From Diplonema japonicum (lineage: Eukaryota > Protista > Euglenozoa: Diplonemea), in contig OZ025729.1 in assembly GCA_964019335.1 (NCBI GenBank), forward strand, positions 186,001-250,000: DNA of 64,000 nucleotides, written 5' to 3'. A model generated the notes under the pieces. That model was not told the origin of the DNA and searched no databases. It was given only the letters and a program-made list of their open reading frames with translations. The first letter of the stretch is position 1. Each line of letters opens with the position of its first letter. Made by a program: the position numbers and the translations under genes. Below are positions 11,401 through 22,338 of this stretch, piece by piece.

Positions 11401-13474
11401 CCCTGACTTCCAGTGCCAGATGGCTGTTGACTCGAGGGCGATGCTTCACTGGGCGGCCCTCTCCAACGGTACTGTGGATGCACAGCTTGTCGTGTCTCAG
11501 AACACTGCTGGGTGGGCGGCTGTTGGTTTCCCTTCGACTGGCTTCAACATGATTGGATCAAAGGCTCTTGTCTCTGATGGGATGGTGTACGACTTGAACG
11601 GGAAGAACCCTTCTCTTGTTGTTCCTGCCACTGACATGGGTGCTTTTGACTCTACATCCAGCACAGTGGTGTCTGGTGACCAAGTTCTTCGCTTCTCGAC
11701 AAATGACGGTGGGAACTCGATGCTGAACCTTGTTGTGGCCTACCACACTACGTCTTCTGGTTTCCCTGTTGCGAGGCACGAGGAACGCTTCGGTGTTCCG
11801 ATTCCCTTGACAGCAGTTCCGAGCGTACCGGTCCCTACACAAGCGACACCCGATCCGTCTGGGTGCGCCACGCCCTCTCCGCTTCCCGACTTCCAGTGCA
11901 TGATGGTGATCGACGCGAAGGCAACGCTTCACTGGACAGTGGCGAACGACATCTTCGATGCGCAGGTGGTTGTCTCCTCGAACACTGCTGGGTGGGCGGC
12001 TGTGGGGCTTCCGTCTAATGGACTGCAGATGATCGGCTCGAAGGCCCTCGTCTCTGATGGGATGGTGTACGACCTGAACGGGAAGAGCGCCGCTCTTGTT
12101 GTTCGTGCGACGGACATGGGCTCATTTGCGACTACCTCTGCGACGGTGGTGTCTGGTGACCAGGTCCTCCGCTTCTCGACGAGCCTCGTGGGGCAATCGT
12201 CTGCTGAGGTGAGGCTTGTGGTGGCGTACCACAGGACGTCGACGGCGTTCCCTGTCTACCACGATGCTCGCTTTGGTGTGAGGGTCCCGACGGGCAGGGC
12301 TGTGACACCACCTGCGACCCCTGTCCCTTCAGCGGCTCCCAGGAACAACAACACCCCTGTCCCGACTGGCTGCACCCCCTCGACACGGGCGGGCTACCAG
12401 TGCCAGCAGGTTGTGGATGCGAAGGCAGCACTCCACTGGAACCCCCTTGCGAACGGAACGGTGGACGCGATCCTCGTGGTGTCTGGGAACTCAGCCGGGT
12501 GGTCGGCGGTGGGGCTCCCTTCTTCAGGAACGAGCATGGTCGGGGCGAAGGCCCTCGTGTCGGACGGGAAGGTGTACGACCTGAACGGGAGGTCTGCTGG
12601 GGCTGTGGTGGCGACAACAGACAACGGGGCTTTCAACGGGGCGGTGGGGACAGCAGCCTCCTCCTCCTTCCGCATGGCCGAGGTGGCACAGGTTTCAGGA
12701 GAACAGCTGCTCCGCTTCTCAACTGACGTCGGGGCCACGGGGAGCCTGAACCTCATCGTGTCCTACCACGGGACGTCGGCGGCCTTCCCTGTGAACAAGC
12801 ACGATGAACGCTACGGGCTTGTGGTGGCGACGAACGGGGGAGCACAGGTCACCACCTTCGACGACAACACGGAGAAGGCGAAGACGCACGGCGGGGTGAT
12901 GGTGACCGTGTGGGCGTACGTGGTCCCCTGTGCCATCCTGTTGAAGAGGTTCGGGACGGAACCTCTGGGGATGGTCGGGCAGTACCCTGTCGCCTTCATC
13001 ATGCACGGGGTGATGATGTTGGGGAGCGCCATCACCACCACCATCTTCTTCGGGGTGGCCTTAAGCGAGTTCGATGGGAATGCCGGGCACGGACACAAGG
13101 ACCTGGGGATCGCCCTCATCGTGGTCATCTGGGTACAGGTGGTTCTTGGGATCGTGGCCCCTCCGAAGGACTCCGCACTTAGGTTCCCCTTCAAGGTCTC
13201 GCACACCCTCCTCGGTGTTGGCTCCTTCGGGATGTCCATCGGGCAGATGGTGACTGGGCTACGCAACATGGAAGACCTCTACACCGACACCATCAGGGAC
13301 AACCTCTTGATCGCGATGATCGTGGGGCTGGTCTTCTTCGCAGTGGCCTTCCTTGTTCTCACTGTGGTGGCAGTTGTACTGGCTGACCCTGAGGCTGCGG
13401 AGGAGGAGACGAAGAACAACCAAGAGGAGGGAGAAACAGGTGCCCAAAGCAATGAGAACAGCCCTTATGAATAG
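8459..13474 (+). CDS. Multi-DOMON (9 domains) cytochrome b561 membrane protein, copy 2, 1671 aa
   Basis: Same architecture as copy 1 with 6 repeat units; N- and C-terminal parts identical in protein. Confidence 0.9.
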   Translation: MIHRMLLLVACAGAVSAICPTEGPSFDRVAGTPYACSSSTTSDVHLYWTVEGGSVHMALAVQDVSGWVSLSFPTTRGTMVPAEAVSGYGTMVGRQRVTARNPSGVAADNTVLTDVSNMEISTLTIGGSSYRVLRFTRTVASIPSATLSVNYAYHSTSNTFPADRHTTRGGWKADLPLDIPCTPSSNPDFQCQMAVDSRAMLHWAALSNGTVDAQLVVSQNTAGWAAVGFPSTGFNMIGSKALVSDGMVYDLNGKNPSLVVPATDMGAFDSTYTTVMSGDQVLRFTTVVTPGTEMNLVVAYHTTSSGFPVARHEERFGVEVLITSTPTPTPPPAVVTPPSCTPSSNPDFQCQMSVDSRAMLHWAALSNGTVDAQLVVSQNTAGWAAVGFPSTGFNMIGSKALVSDGMVYDLNGKNPSLVVPATDMGAFDSTYTTVMSGDQVLRFTTVVTPGSEMNLVVAYHTTSSGFPVARHEERFGVEVLITSTPTPTPPPAVVTPPSCTPSSNPDFQCQMSVDSRAMLHWAALSNGTVDAQLVVSQNTAGWAAVGFPSTGFNMIGSKALVSDGMVYDLNGKNPSLVVPATDMGSFDSTYTTVMSGDQVLRFTTAVTPGSEMNLVVAYHTTSSGFPVARHEERFGVEVLITSTPTPTPPPAVVTPPSCTPSSNPDFQCQMSVDSRAMLHWAALSNGTVDAQLVVSQNTAGWAAVGFPSTGFNMIGSKALVSDGMVYDLNGKNPSLVVPATDMGSFDSTYTTVMSGDQVLRFTTVVTSGSEMNLVVAYHTTSSGFPVARHEERFGVEVLITSTPMPTPPPAVVTPPSCTPSSNPDFQCQMAVDSRAMLHWAALSNGTVDAQLVVSQNTAGWAAVGFPSTGFNMIGSKALVSDGMVYDLNGKNPSLVVPATDMGSFDSTYTTVVSGNQVLRFTTVVTPGSEMNLVVAYHTTSSGFPVARHEERFGVEVLITSTPMPTPPPVVVTPPSCTPSSNPDFQCQMAVDSRAMLHWAALSNGTVDAQLVVSQNTAGWAAVGFPSTGFNMIGSKALVSDGMVYDLNGKNPSLVVPATDMGAFDSTSSTVVSGDQVLRFSTNDGGNSMLNLVVAYHTTSSGFPVARHEERFGVPIPLTAVPSVPVPTQATPDPSGCATPSPLPDFQCMMVIDAKATLHWTVANDIFDAQVVVSSNTAGWAAVGLPSNGLQMIGSKALVSDGMVYDLNGKSAALVVRATDMGSFATTSATVVSGDQVLRFSTSLVGQSSAEVRLVVAYHRTSTAFPVYHDARFGVRVPTGRAVTPPATPVPSAAPRNNNTPVPTGCTPSTRAGYQCQQVVDAKAALHWNPLANGTVDAILVVSGNSAGWSAVGLPSSGTSMVGAKALVSDGKVYDLNGRSAGAVVATTDNGAFNGAVGTAASSSFRMAEVAQVSGEQLLRFSTDVGATGSLNLIVSYHGTSAAFPVNKHDERYGLVVATNGGAQVTTFDDNTEKAKTHGGVMVTVWAYVVPCAILLKRFGTEPLGMVGQYPVAFIMHGVMMLGSAITTTIFFGVALSEFDGNAGHGHKDLGIALIVVIWVQVVLGIVAPPKDSALRFPFKVSHTLLGVGSFGMSIGQMVTGLRNMEDLYTDTIRDNLLIAMIVGLVFFAVAFLVLTVVAVVLADPEAAEEETKNNQEEGETGAQSNENSPYE
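8999..11860 (+). repeat. Intragenic tandem repeat, 477-bp unit x6
   Basis: Units start at 8999, 9476, 9953, 10430, 10907 and 11384. Confidence 0.95.
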
Positions 13475-14277
13475 GTGAAAAGCGGGCATCTAGCAGCTTA
13501 GTTTTAATATTCTTTTGAGTTCTGATTTCTTCCCCGCCCTCCAATTTCTTTTTTCTTGACAAAAAGCATTCTCCAGTTGTGTCACAGGAAGCTACATCCA
13601 CATCTTTCGGATAAGCGATTTTGTTGCGCGATCTCTCCCGCATCAAAAGGCTTGCTCACCGGAGGATGAAAAGTAGTTTCTGTTGGCTGCAGCACTCACA
13701 GTAGTTTTCTTTAACAGATGGCACTACATTTGACTTTTTGTGAAGAGGAGCCTGGTTTGTTTCACTTTCTCAATTCTTTCCGGCTCTAATCTTTCCCACC
13801 CAATTTTGTTTCCTCTCTCTCTTTTTTTTTTTTTTTTTGTTTTTTTTTTTATTTAGTTTTAAAGAGTCGCCAACACCGGCCTCCTTTATTTTTATTTTTT
13901 GTTTATTCTTTAACTCATATATTCTTTTTTTATATTATCAATAGGGCTTGTTGTCCCCCCCCCTTTTTTTTGTTGATCTTCAAGGAGTAGCCGATGCCCT
14001 TTCTAAGGCTGTCCTGTTGAATGACCCCCGTTTTTTCTTTTTTCTTTTTTCCCACCTCTGCTAATATTAGGGTGGTGATTATAAATTAGCAGGGTTTAAA
14101 AAAAGAAAAGAGCGGAAGAAACAGGGGAGGAAAAAAAAAAAAAAAGAAAGAAAGAAATAACAGAAGTAAAAAGAAAAGCTTGTGTCCCAGCTCACTTAAA
14201 AAGTTCTTTTTTTATCGGTTGACCGCATTCAAGGTATACACAAATTCGTGTTTTTTTAAACAAGAAGAAAATTCTTC

Positions 14278-14340
14278 CTTCTTCTTCTTCTTCTTCTTCT
14301 TCTTCTTCTTCTTCTTCTTCTTCTTCTTCTTCTTCTTCTT
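14278..14340. repeat. (CTT)n microsatellite, about 21 units
   Basis: Perfect CTT run in the spacer between copies 2 and 3. Confidence 0.95.
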
Positions 14341-15423
14341 TCTACCCCGTTTTTCTTTCTACCATTACTTTTCTTATTTTATTATTCTCTGCTACCAAAA
14401 AAAAAAAAAGCTTTTGCTTGGCAAATCAAAAGAAGAAGGAAACGACAAAAAAAAAAAAAAAAAAACAAGGCTTTTTTCATACACGCCTATTCTTTCTTTC
14501 TTATTTTACTTTTATATTACCTTTATTTTTGCACAGCATATTATTATAAGAGAAACACACTTTTCGTGGCCTTTTTTTTTTTTTTTTTTTTTTTTTTTCC
14601 CCGAATTCCCTGGTTGTTTTTCTTGATATTGAGCCTTTGTTTTCCTTTCTTTATAGCTATTTACTGCCAACAAGTAATGACTTTACCGTTACCTCCCACG
14701 GAGGACGGCAAAGCACTACTTTGGTAGAAAAGTGGCTTTATTTTACGACATTCTTGAAACTAGCGTGAAGGAATTTCAGAAGAGTGAAATAAAGTAACTT
14801 TACAAGGCTGGTGATCCTACTTACCGCCAAGCGATGCATTGCCTGCCTGCCTACCCACGGTGCTGATTTAATTAAGATGCGCCGAATCGAAGCAATGTTT
14901 TTTTTTATTTTTTATTTTGTCTCTTTCTTTTCTTTCTTTCTCTCCCTTTTTCATTATTCTTTTTTTCTTTTTTGTACCCACCGTCTATTCTTCAAATTAT
15001 CAACTAGAAAAACCGATGTTGGATGACAAAGTAAGAGGACCCCATGCTAGATAGGACACGTTAAACAAGGAGCACCCGTGTTGGTGGCATAGTACAGAAG
15101 GGATGGAACACAGCAATATCTAAATTATGTAGCTTCCTTCAAAGCTTCTGACCGGCCGTTAGAGAATATTTATAAAGAAGAGTTAACCAGTATTACCTTG
15201 TACATCATCCATTTATTTCCTACAGTCTCTTTACACTAGCAAGACCACCAAAGGAGGAGAAAGCAAAGCCGTAAGTGGATACAATGATTCTGACTTAAAT
15301 ATATATTTCTTTACTACCTTTTGCTTTCCTTCTCCGCCCCTTTCTCTTCCTTCTATAGCCCTGCACCTATCTCACCTCACATTACAGATTCACATACTCA
15401 ACAACAACAAGAAGCGAGAAACC

Positions 15424-18400
15424 ATGATACACCGCATGCTGCTGCTGGTAGCCTGTGCAGGAGCTGTGTCAGCTATCTGCCCGACGGAGGGGCCTTCCTT
15501 TGACCGGGTTGCTGGGACACCGTATGCCTGCTCTTCGTCTACGACAAGCGATGTGCACCTTTACTGGACGGTGGAGGGGGGGTCCGTTCACATGGCTCTC
15601 GCTGTTCAGGATGTGTCTGGGTGGGTGTCTCTGAGCTTCCCCACGACACGGGGGACGATGGTCCCTGCGGAGGCGGTGTCCGGATACGGGACGATGGTCG
15701 GGAGGCAGCGGGTGACGGCTCGGAACCCATCCGGTGTGGCGGCAGACAACACCGTTCTCACCGACGTCAGCAACATGGAGATCTCGACCCTCACCATCGG
15801 GGGGTCCTCCTACCGTGTTCTTCGCTTCACGAGGACTGTCGCAAGCATCCCCTCCGCCACCCTCTCCGTGAACTACGCCTACCACTCCACCTCCAACACC
15901 TTCCCTGCTGACAGGCACACCACTCGCGGCGGCTGGAAGGCCGACCTCCCTCTCGACATCCCTTGCACTCCTTCCTCGAACCCTGACTTCCAGTGCCAGA
16001 TGTCTGTTGACTCGAGGGCGATGCTTCACTGGGCGGCCCTCTCCAACGGTACTGTGGATGCACAGCTTGTCGTGTCTCAGAACACTGCTGGGTGGGCGGC
16101 TGTTGGTTTCCCTTCGACTGGCTTCAACATGATCGGCTCGAAGGCTCTTGTCTCTGATGGGATGGTGTACGACTTGAACGGGAAGAACCCCTCTCTTGTT
16201 GTTCCTGCCACTGACATGGGTGCTTTTGACTCCACCTACACAACAGTGATGTCTGGTGACCAAGTTCTTCGCTTCACCACTGTTGTTACCCCTGGATCTG
16301 AGATGAACCTTGTTGTGGCCTACCACACCACTTCTTCTGGTTTCCCTGTTGCAAGGCACGAGGAACGATTCGGTGTTGAGGTTCTCATCACATCTACTCC
16401 AACTCCAACTCCTCCACCTGCTGTTGTCACTCCACCATCGTGCACTCCTTCCTCGAACCCTGATTTCCAGTGCCAGATGTCTGTTGACTCGAGGGCGATG
16501 CTTCACTGGGCGGCCCTCTCCAATGGCACTGTGGATGCACAGCTTGTCGTGTCTCAGAACACTGCTGGGTGGGCGGCTGTTGGTTTCCCTTCGACTGGCT
16601 TCAACATGATCGGCTCGAAGGCTCTTGTCTCTGATGGGATGGTGTACGACTTGAACGGGAAGAACCCCTCTCTTGTTGTTCCTGCCACTGACATGGGTTC
16701 CTTTGACTCCACCTACACAACAGTGATGTCTGGTGACCAAGTTCTTCGCTTCACCACTGTCGTTACCTCTGGATCTGAGATGAACCTTGTTGTGGCCTAC
16801 CACACTACTTCTTCTGGTTTCCCTGTTGCAAGGCACGAGGAACGATTCGGTGTTGAAGTTCTCATCACATCTACTCCCATGCCAACTCCTCCACCTGCTG
16901 TTGTCACTCCACCATCGTGCACTCCTTCCTCGAACCCTGACTTCCAGTGCCAGATGGCTGTTGACTCGAGGGCGATGCTTCACTGGGCGGCCCTCTCGAA
17001 CGGTACTGTGGATGCACAGCTTGTCGTGTCTCAGAACACTGCTGGGTGGGCAGCTGTTGGTTTCCCTTCGACTGGCTTCAACATGATCGGCTCGAAGGCT
17101 CTTGTCTCTGATGGGATGGTGTACGATTTGAACGGGAAGAATCCCTCTCTCGTTGTTCCTGCCACTGACATGGGTGCCTTCGACTCCACCTACACAACAG
17201 TGATGTCTGGTGACCAAGTTCTTCGCTTCACCACTGTTGTTACCCCTGGATCTGAGATGAACCTTGTTGTGGCCTACCACACCACTTCTTCTGGTTTCCC
17301 TGTTGCAAGGCACGAGGAACGATTCGGTGTTGAAGTTCTCATCACATCTACTCCAACTCCTACTCCTCCACCTGCTGTTGTCACTCCACCATCGTGCACT
17401 CCTTCCTCGAACCCTGACTTCCAGTGCCAGATGTCTGTTGACTCGAGGGCGATGCTTCACTGGGCGGCCCTCTCCAACGGTACTGTGGATGCACAGCTTG
17501 TAGTTTCTCAGAACACTGCTGGGTGGGCGGCTGTTGGTTTCCCTTCGACTGGCTTCAACATGATTGGATCAAAGGCTCTTGTCTCTGATGGGATGGTGTA
17601 CGACTTGAACGGGAAGAACCCTTCTCTTGTTGTTCCTGCCACTGACATGGGTGCTTTTGACTCCACCTACACAACAGTGATGTCTGGTGACCAAGTTCTT
17701 CGCTTCACCACTGTCGTTACCCCTGGATCTGAGATGAACCTTGTTGTGGCCTACCACACCACTTCTTCTGGTTTCCCTGTTGCAAGGCACGAGGAACGAT
17801 TCGGTGTTGAAGTTCTCATCACATCTACTCCCATGCCAACTCCTCCACCTGCTGTTGTTACTCCACCTTCATGCACTCCTTCCTCGAACCCTGACTTCCA
17901 GTGCCAGATGTCTGTTAACTCGAGGGCAATGCTTCACTGGGCGGCCCTCTCCAACGGTACTGTGGATGCACAGCTTGTCGTGTCTCAGAACACTGCTGGG
18001 TGGGCGGCTGTTGGTTTCCCTTCGACTGGCTTCAACATGATCGGCTCGAAGGCTCTTGTCTCTGATGGGATGGTGTACGACTTGAACGGGAAGAACCCCT
18101 CTCTTGTTGTTCCTGCCACTGACATGGGTGCTTTTGACTCCACCTACACAACAGTGATGTCTGGTGACCAAGTTCTTCGCTTCACCACTGTTGTTACTCC
18201 TGGAACTGAGATGAACCTTGTTGTGGCCTACCACACCACTTCTTCTGGTTTCCCTGTTGCAAGGCACGAGGAACGATTCGGTGTTGAAGTTCTCATCACA
18301 TCTACTCCAACTCCTACTCCTCCACCTGCTGTTGTCACTCCACCATCGTGCACTCCTTCCTCGAACCCTGACTTCCAGTGCCAGATGTCTGTTGACTCGA

Positions 18401-21400
18401 GGGCGATGCTTCACTGGGCGGCCCTCTCCAACGGCACTGTGGATGCACAGCTTGTAGTGTCTCAGAACACTGCTGGGTGGGCGGCTGTTGGTTTCCCTTC
18501 GACTGGCTTCAACATGATCGGCTCGAAGGCTCTTGTCTCTGATGGGATGGTGTACGACTTGAACGGGAAGAACCCTTCTCTTGTTGTTCCTGCCACTGAC
18601 ATGGGTGCTTTTGACTCCACCTACACAACAGTGATGTCTGGTGACCAAGTTCTTCGCTTCACCACTGTCGTTACCCCTGGATCTGAGATGAACCTTGTTG
18701 TGGCCTACCATACCACTTCTTCTGGTTTCCCTGTTGCAAGGCACGAGGAACGATTCGGTGTTGAAGTTCTCATCACATCTACTCCAACTCCTACTCCTCC
18801 ACCTGCTGTTGTCACTCCGCCATCGTGCACTCCTTCCTCGAACCCTGACTTCCAGTGCCAAATGTCTGTTGACTCGAGGGCGATGCTTCACTGGGCGGCC
18901 CTCTCGAACGGTACTGTGGATGCACAGCTTGTCGTGTCTCAGAACACTGCTGGGTGGGCGGCTGTTGGTTTCCCTTCGACTGGCTTCAACATGATTGGAT
19001 CAAAGGCTCTTGTCTCTGATGGGATGGTGTACGATTTGAACGGGAAGAACCCTTCTCTTGTTGTTCCTGCCACTGACATGGGTTCCTTCGACTCCACCTA
19101 CACAACAGTGATGTCTGGTGACCAAGTTCTTCGCTTCACCACTGCTGTTACCCCTGGATCTGAGATGAACCTTGTTGTGGCCTACCACACCACTTCTTCT
19201 GGTTTCCCTGTTGCAAGGCACGAGGAACGATTCGGTGTTGAGGTTCTCATCACATCTACTCCAACTCCAACTCCTCCACCTGCTGTTGTCACTCCACCAT
19301 CGTGCACTCCTTCCTCGAACCCTGATTTCCAGTGCCAGATGTCTGTTGACTCGAGGGCGATGCTTCACTGGGCGGCCCTCTCCAATGGCACTGTGGATGC
19401 ACAGCTTGTCGTGTCTCAGAACACTGCTGGGTGGGCGGCTGTTGGTTTCCCTTCGACTGGCTTCAACATGATCGGCTCGAAGGCTCTTGTCTCTGATGGG
19501 ATGGTGTACGACTTGAACGGGAAGAACCCCTCTCTTGTTGTTCCTGCCACTGACATGGGTTCCTTTGACTCCACCTACACAACAGTGATGTCTGGTGACC
19601 AAGTTCTTCGCTTCACCACTGTCGTTACCTCTGGATCTGAGATGAACCTTGTTGTGGCCTACCACACTACTTCTTCTGGTTTCCCTGTTGCAAGGCACGA
19701 GGAACGATTCGGTGTTGAAGTTCTCATCACATCTACTCCCATGCCAACTCCTCCACCTGCTGTTGTCACTCCACCATCGTGCACTCCTTCCTCGAACCCT
19801 GACTTCCAGTGCCAGATGGCTGTTGACTCGAGGGCGATGCTTCACTGGGCGGCCCTCTCCAACGGCACTGTGGATGCACAGCTTGTCGTGTCTCAGAACA
19901 CTGCTGGGTGGGCAGCTGTTGGTTTCCCTTCGACTGGCTTCAACATGATCGGTTCAAAGGCTCTTGTCTCTGATGGGATGGTGTACGATTTGAACGGGAA
20001 GAATCCCTCTCTCGTTGTTCCTGCCACTGACATGGGTTCCTTCGACTCCACCTACACAACAGTGGTGTCTGGTAATCAGGTTCTTCGCTTCACCACTGTT
20101 GTTACCCCTGGATCTGAGATGAACCTTGTTGTGGCCTACCACACCACTTCTTCTGGTTTCCCTGTTGCAAGGCACGAGGAACGATTCGGTGTTGAAGTTC
20201 TCATCACATCTACTCCCATGCCAACTCCTCCACCTGTTGTTGTTACTCCACCTTCATGCACTCCTTCCTCGAACCCTGACTTCCAGTGCCAGATGGCTGT
20301 TGACTCGAGGGCGATGCTTCACTGGGCGGCCCTCTCCAACGGTACTGTGGATGCACAGCTTGTCGTGTCTCAGAACACTGCTGGGTGGGCGGCTGTTGGT
20401 TTCCCTTCGACTGGCTTCAACATGATTGGATCAAAGGCTCTTGTCTCTGATGGGATGGTGTACGACTTGAACGGGAAGAACCCTTCTCTTGTTGTTCCTG
20501 CCACTGACATGGGTGCTTTTGACTCTACATCCAGCACAGTGGTGTCTGGTGACCAAGTTCTTCGCTTCTCGACAAATGACGGTGGGAACTCGATGCTGAA
20601 CCTTGTTGTGGCCTACCACACTACGTCTTCTGGTTTCCCTGTTGCGAGGCACGAGGAACGCTTCGGTGTTCCGATTCCCTTGACAGCAGTTCCGAGCGTA
20701 CCGGTCCCTACACAAGCGACACCCGATCCGTCTGGGTGCGCCACGCCCTCTCCGCTTCCCGACTTCCAGTGCATGATGGTGATCGACGCGAAGGCAACGC
20801 TTCACTGGACAGTGGCGAACGACATCTTCGATGCGCAGGTGGTTGTCTCCTCGAACACTGCTGGGTGGGCGGCTGTGGGGCTTCCGTCTAATGGACTGCA
20901 GATGATCGGCTCGAAGGCCCTCGTCTCTGATGGGATGGTGTACGACCTGAACGGGAAGAGCGCCGCTCTTGTTGTTCGTGCGACGGACATGGGCTCATTT
21001 GCGACTACCTCTGCGACGGTGGTGTCTGGTGACCAGGTCCTCCGCTTCTCGACGAGCCTCGTGGGGCAATCGTCTGCTGAGGTGAGGCTTGTGGTGGCGT
21101 ACCACAGGACGTCGACGGCGTTCCCTGTCTACCACGATGCTCGCTTTGGTGTGAGGGTCCCGACGGGCAGGGCTGTGACACCACCTGCGACCCCTGTCCC
21201 TTCAGCGGCTCCCAGGAACAACAACACCCCTGTCCCGACTGGCTGCACCCCCTCGACACGGGCGGGCTACCAGTGCCAGCAGGTTGTGGATGCGAAGGCA
21301 GCACTCCACTGGAACCCCCTTGCGAACGGAACGGTGGACGCGATCCTCGTGGTGTCTGGGAACTCAGCCGGGTGGTCGGCGGTGGGGCTCCCTTCTTCAG

Positions 21401-22338
21401 GAACGAGCATGGTCGGGGCGAAGGCCCTCGTGTCGGACGGGAAGGTGTACGACCTGAACGGGAGGTCTGCTGGGGCTGTGGTGGCGACAACAGACAACGG
21501 GGCTTTCAACGGGGCGGTGGGGACAGCAGCCTCCTCCTCCTTCCGCATGGCCGAGGTGGCACAGGTTTCAGGAGAACAGCTGCTCCGCTTCTCAACTGAC
21601 GTCGGGGCCACGGGGAGCCTGAACCTCATCGTGTCCTACCACGGGACGTCGGCGGCCTTCCCTGTGAACAAGCACGATGAACGCTACGGGCTTGTGGTGG
21701 CGACGAACGGGGGAGCACAGGTCACCACCTTCGACGACAACACGGAGAAGGCGAAGACGCACGGCGGGGTGATGGTGACCGTGTGGGCGTACGTGGTCCC
21801 CTGTGCCATCCTGTTGAAGAGGTTCGGGACGGAACCTCTGGGGATGGTCGGGCAGTACCCTGTCGCCTTCATCATGCACGGGGTGCTGATGTTGGGGAGC
21901 GCCATCACCACCACCATCTTCTTCGGGGTGGCCTTAAGCGAGTTCGATGGGAATGCCGGGCACGGACACAAGGACCTGGGGATCGCCCTCGTCGTGGTCA
22001 TCTGGGTACAGGTGGTTCTTGGGATCGTGGCCCCTCCGAAGGACTCCGCACTGAGGTTCCCGTTTGTGATCTCGCACACCCTCCTCGGTGTTGGCTCCTT
22101 CGGGATGTCCATCGGGCAGATGGTGGCTGGGCTACGCAACATGGAAGACCTCTACACCGACACCATCAGGGACAACCTCTTGATCGCGATGATCGTGGGG
22201 CTGGTCTTCTTCGCAGTGGCCTTCCTTGTTCTCACTGTGGTGATGGTTGTACTGGCGAAGCCTGTGGAAATTGTTCCTGTAAACAATTCTGCAGATGAAG
22301 GTGGCAACACCGGTGAAAGGAACAGGCCCTATGAGTAG
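15424..22338 (+). CDS. Multi-DOMON (13 domains) cytochrome b561 membrane protein, copy 3, 2304 aa
   Basis: Same architecture with 10 repeat units; a few substitutions in the b561 domain and a different cytoplasmic tail (AKPVEIVPVNNSADEGGNTGERNRPYE). Confidence 0.9.
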   Translation: MIHRMLLLVACAGAVSAICPTEGPSFDRVAGTPYACSSSTTSDVHLYWTVEGGSVHMALAVQDVSGWVSLSFPTTRGTMVPAEAVSGYGTMVGRQRVTARNPSGVAADNTVLTDVSNMEISTLTIGGSSYRVLRFTRTVASIPSATLSVNYAYHSTSNTFPADRHTTRGGWKADLPLDIPCTPSSNPDFQCQMSVDSRAMLHWAALSNGTVDAQLVVSQNTAGWAAVGFPSTGFNMIGSKALVSDGMVYDLNGKNPSLVVPATDMGAFDSTYTTVMSGDQVLRFTTVVTPGSEMNLVVAYHTTSSGFPVARHEERFGVEVLITSTPTPTPPPAVVTPPSCTPSSNPDFQCQMSVDSRAMLHWAALSNGTVDAQLVVSQNTAGWAAVGFPSTGFNMIGSKALVSDGMVYDLNGKNPSLVVPATDMGSFDSTYTTVMSGDQVLRFTTVVTSGSEMNLVVAYHTTSSGFPVARHEERFGVEVLITSTPMPTPPPAVVTPPSCTPSSNPDFQCQMAVDSRAMLHWAALSNGTVDAQLVVSQNTAGWAAVGFPSTGFNMIGSKALVSDGMVYDLNGKNPSLVVPATDMGAFDSTYTTVMSGDQVLRFTTVVTPGSEMNLVVAYHTTSSGFPVARHEERFGVEVLITSTPTPTPPPAVVTPPSCTPSSNPDFQCQMSVDSRAMLHWAALSNGTVDAQLVVSQNTAGWAAVGFPSTGFNMIGSKALVSDGMVYDLNGKNPSLVVPATDMGAFDSTYTTVMSGDQVLRFTTVVTPGSEMNLVVAYHTTSSGFPVARHEERFGVEVLITSTPMPTPPPAVVTPPSCTPSSNPDFQCQMSVNSRAMLHWAALSNGTVDAQLVVSQNTAGWAAVGFPSTGFNMIGSKALVSDGMVYDLNGKNPSLVVPATDMGAFDSTYTTVMSGDQVLRFTTVVTPGTEMNLVVAYHTTSSGFPVARHEERFGVEVLITSTPTPTPPPAVVTPPSCTPSSNPDFQCQMSVDSRAMLHWAALSNGTVDAQLVVSQNTAGWAAVGFPSTGFNMIGSKALVSDGMVYDLNGKNPSLVVPATDMGAFDSTYTTVMSGDQVLRFTTVVTPGSEMNLVVAYHTTSSGFPVARHEERFGVEVLITSTPTPTPPPAVVTPPSCTPSSNPDFQCQMSVDSRAMLHWAALSNGTVDAQLVVSQNTAGWAAVGFPSTGFNMIGSKALVSDGMVYDLNGKNPSLVVPATDMGSFDSTYTTVMSGDQVLRFTTAVTPGSEMNLVVAYHTTSSGFPVARHEERFGVEVLITSTPTPTPPPAVVTPPSCTPSSNPDFQCQMSVDSRAMLHWAALSNGTVDAQLVVSQNTAGWAAVGFPSTGFNMIGSKALVSDGMVYDLNGKNPSLVVPATDMGSFDSTYTTVMSGDQVLRFTTVVTSGSEMNLVVAYHTTSSGFPVARHEERFGVEVLITSTPMPTPPPAVVTPPSCTPSSNPDFQCQMAVDSRAMLHWAALSNGTVDAQLVVSQNTAGWAAVGFPSTGFNMIGSKALVSDGMVYDLNGKNPSLVVPATDMGSFDSTYTTVVSGNQVLRFTTVVTPGSEMNLVVAYHTTSSGFPVARHEERFGVEVLITSTPMPTPPPVVVTPPSCTPSSNPDFQCQMAVDSRAMLHWAALSNGTVDAQLVVSQNTAGWAAVGFPSTGFNMIGSKALVSDGMVYDLNGKNPSLVVPATDMGAFDSTSSTVVSGDQVLRFSTNDGGNSMLNLVVAYHTTSSGFPVARHEERFGVPIPLTAVPSVPVPTQATPDPSGCATPSPLPDFQCMMVIDAKATLHWTVANDIFDAQVVVSSNTAGWAAVGLPSNGLQMIGSKALVSDGMVYDLNGKSAALVVRATDMGSFATTSATVVSGDQVLRFSTSLVGQSSAEVRLVVAYHRTSTAFPVYHDARFGVRVPTGRAVTPPATPVPSAAPRNNNTPVPTGCTPSTRAGYQCQQVVDAKAALHWNPLANGTVDAILVVSGNSAGWSAVGLPSSGTSMVGAKALVSDGKVYDLNGRSAGAVVATTDNGAFNGAVGTAASSSFRMAEVAQVSGEQLLRFSTDVGATGSLNLIVSYHGTSAAFPVNKHDERYGLVVATNGGAQVTTFDDNTEKAKTHGGVMVTVWAYVVPCAILLKRFGTEPLGMVGQYPVAFIMHGVLMLGSAITTTIFFGVALSEFDGNAGHGHKDLGIALVVVIWVQVVLGIVAPPKDSALRFPFVISHTLLGVGSFGMSIGQMVAGLRNMEDLYTDTIRDNLLIAMIVGLVFFAVAFLVLTVVMVVLAKPVEIVPVNNSADEGGNTGERNRPYE
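15964..20733 (+). repeat. Intragenic tandem repeat, 477-bp unit x10
   Basis: Units every 477 bp from 15964 to 20257. Confidence 0.95.
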
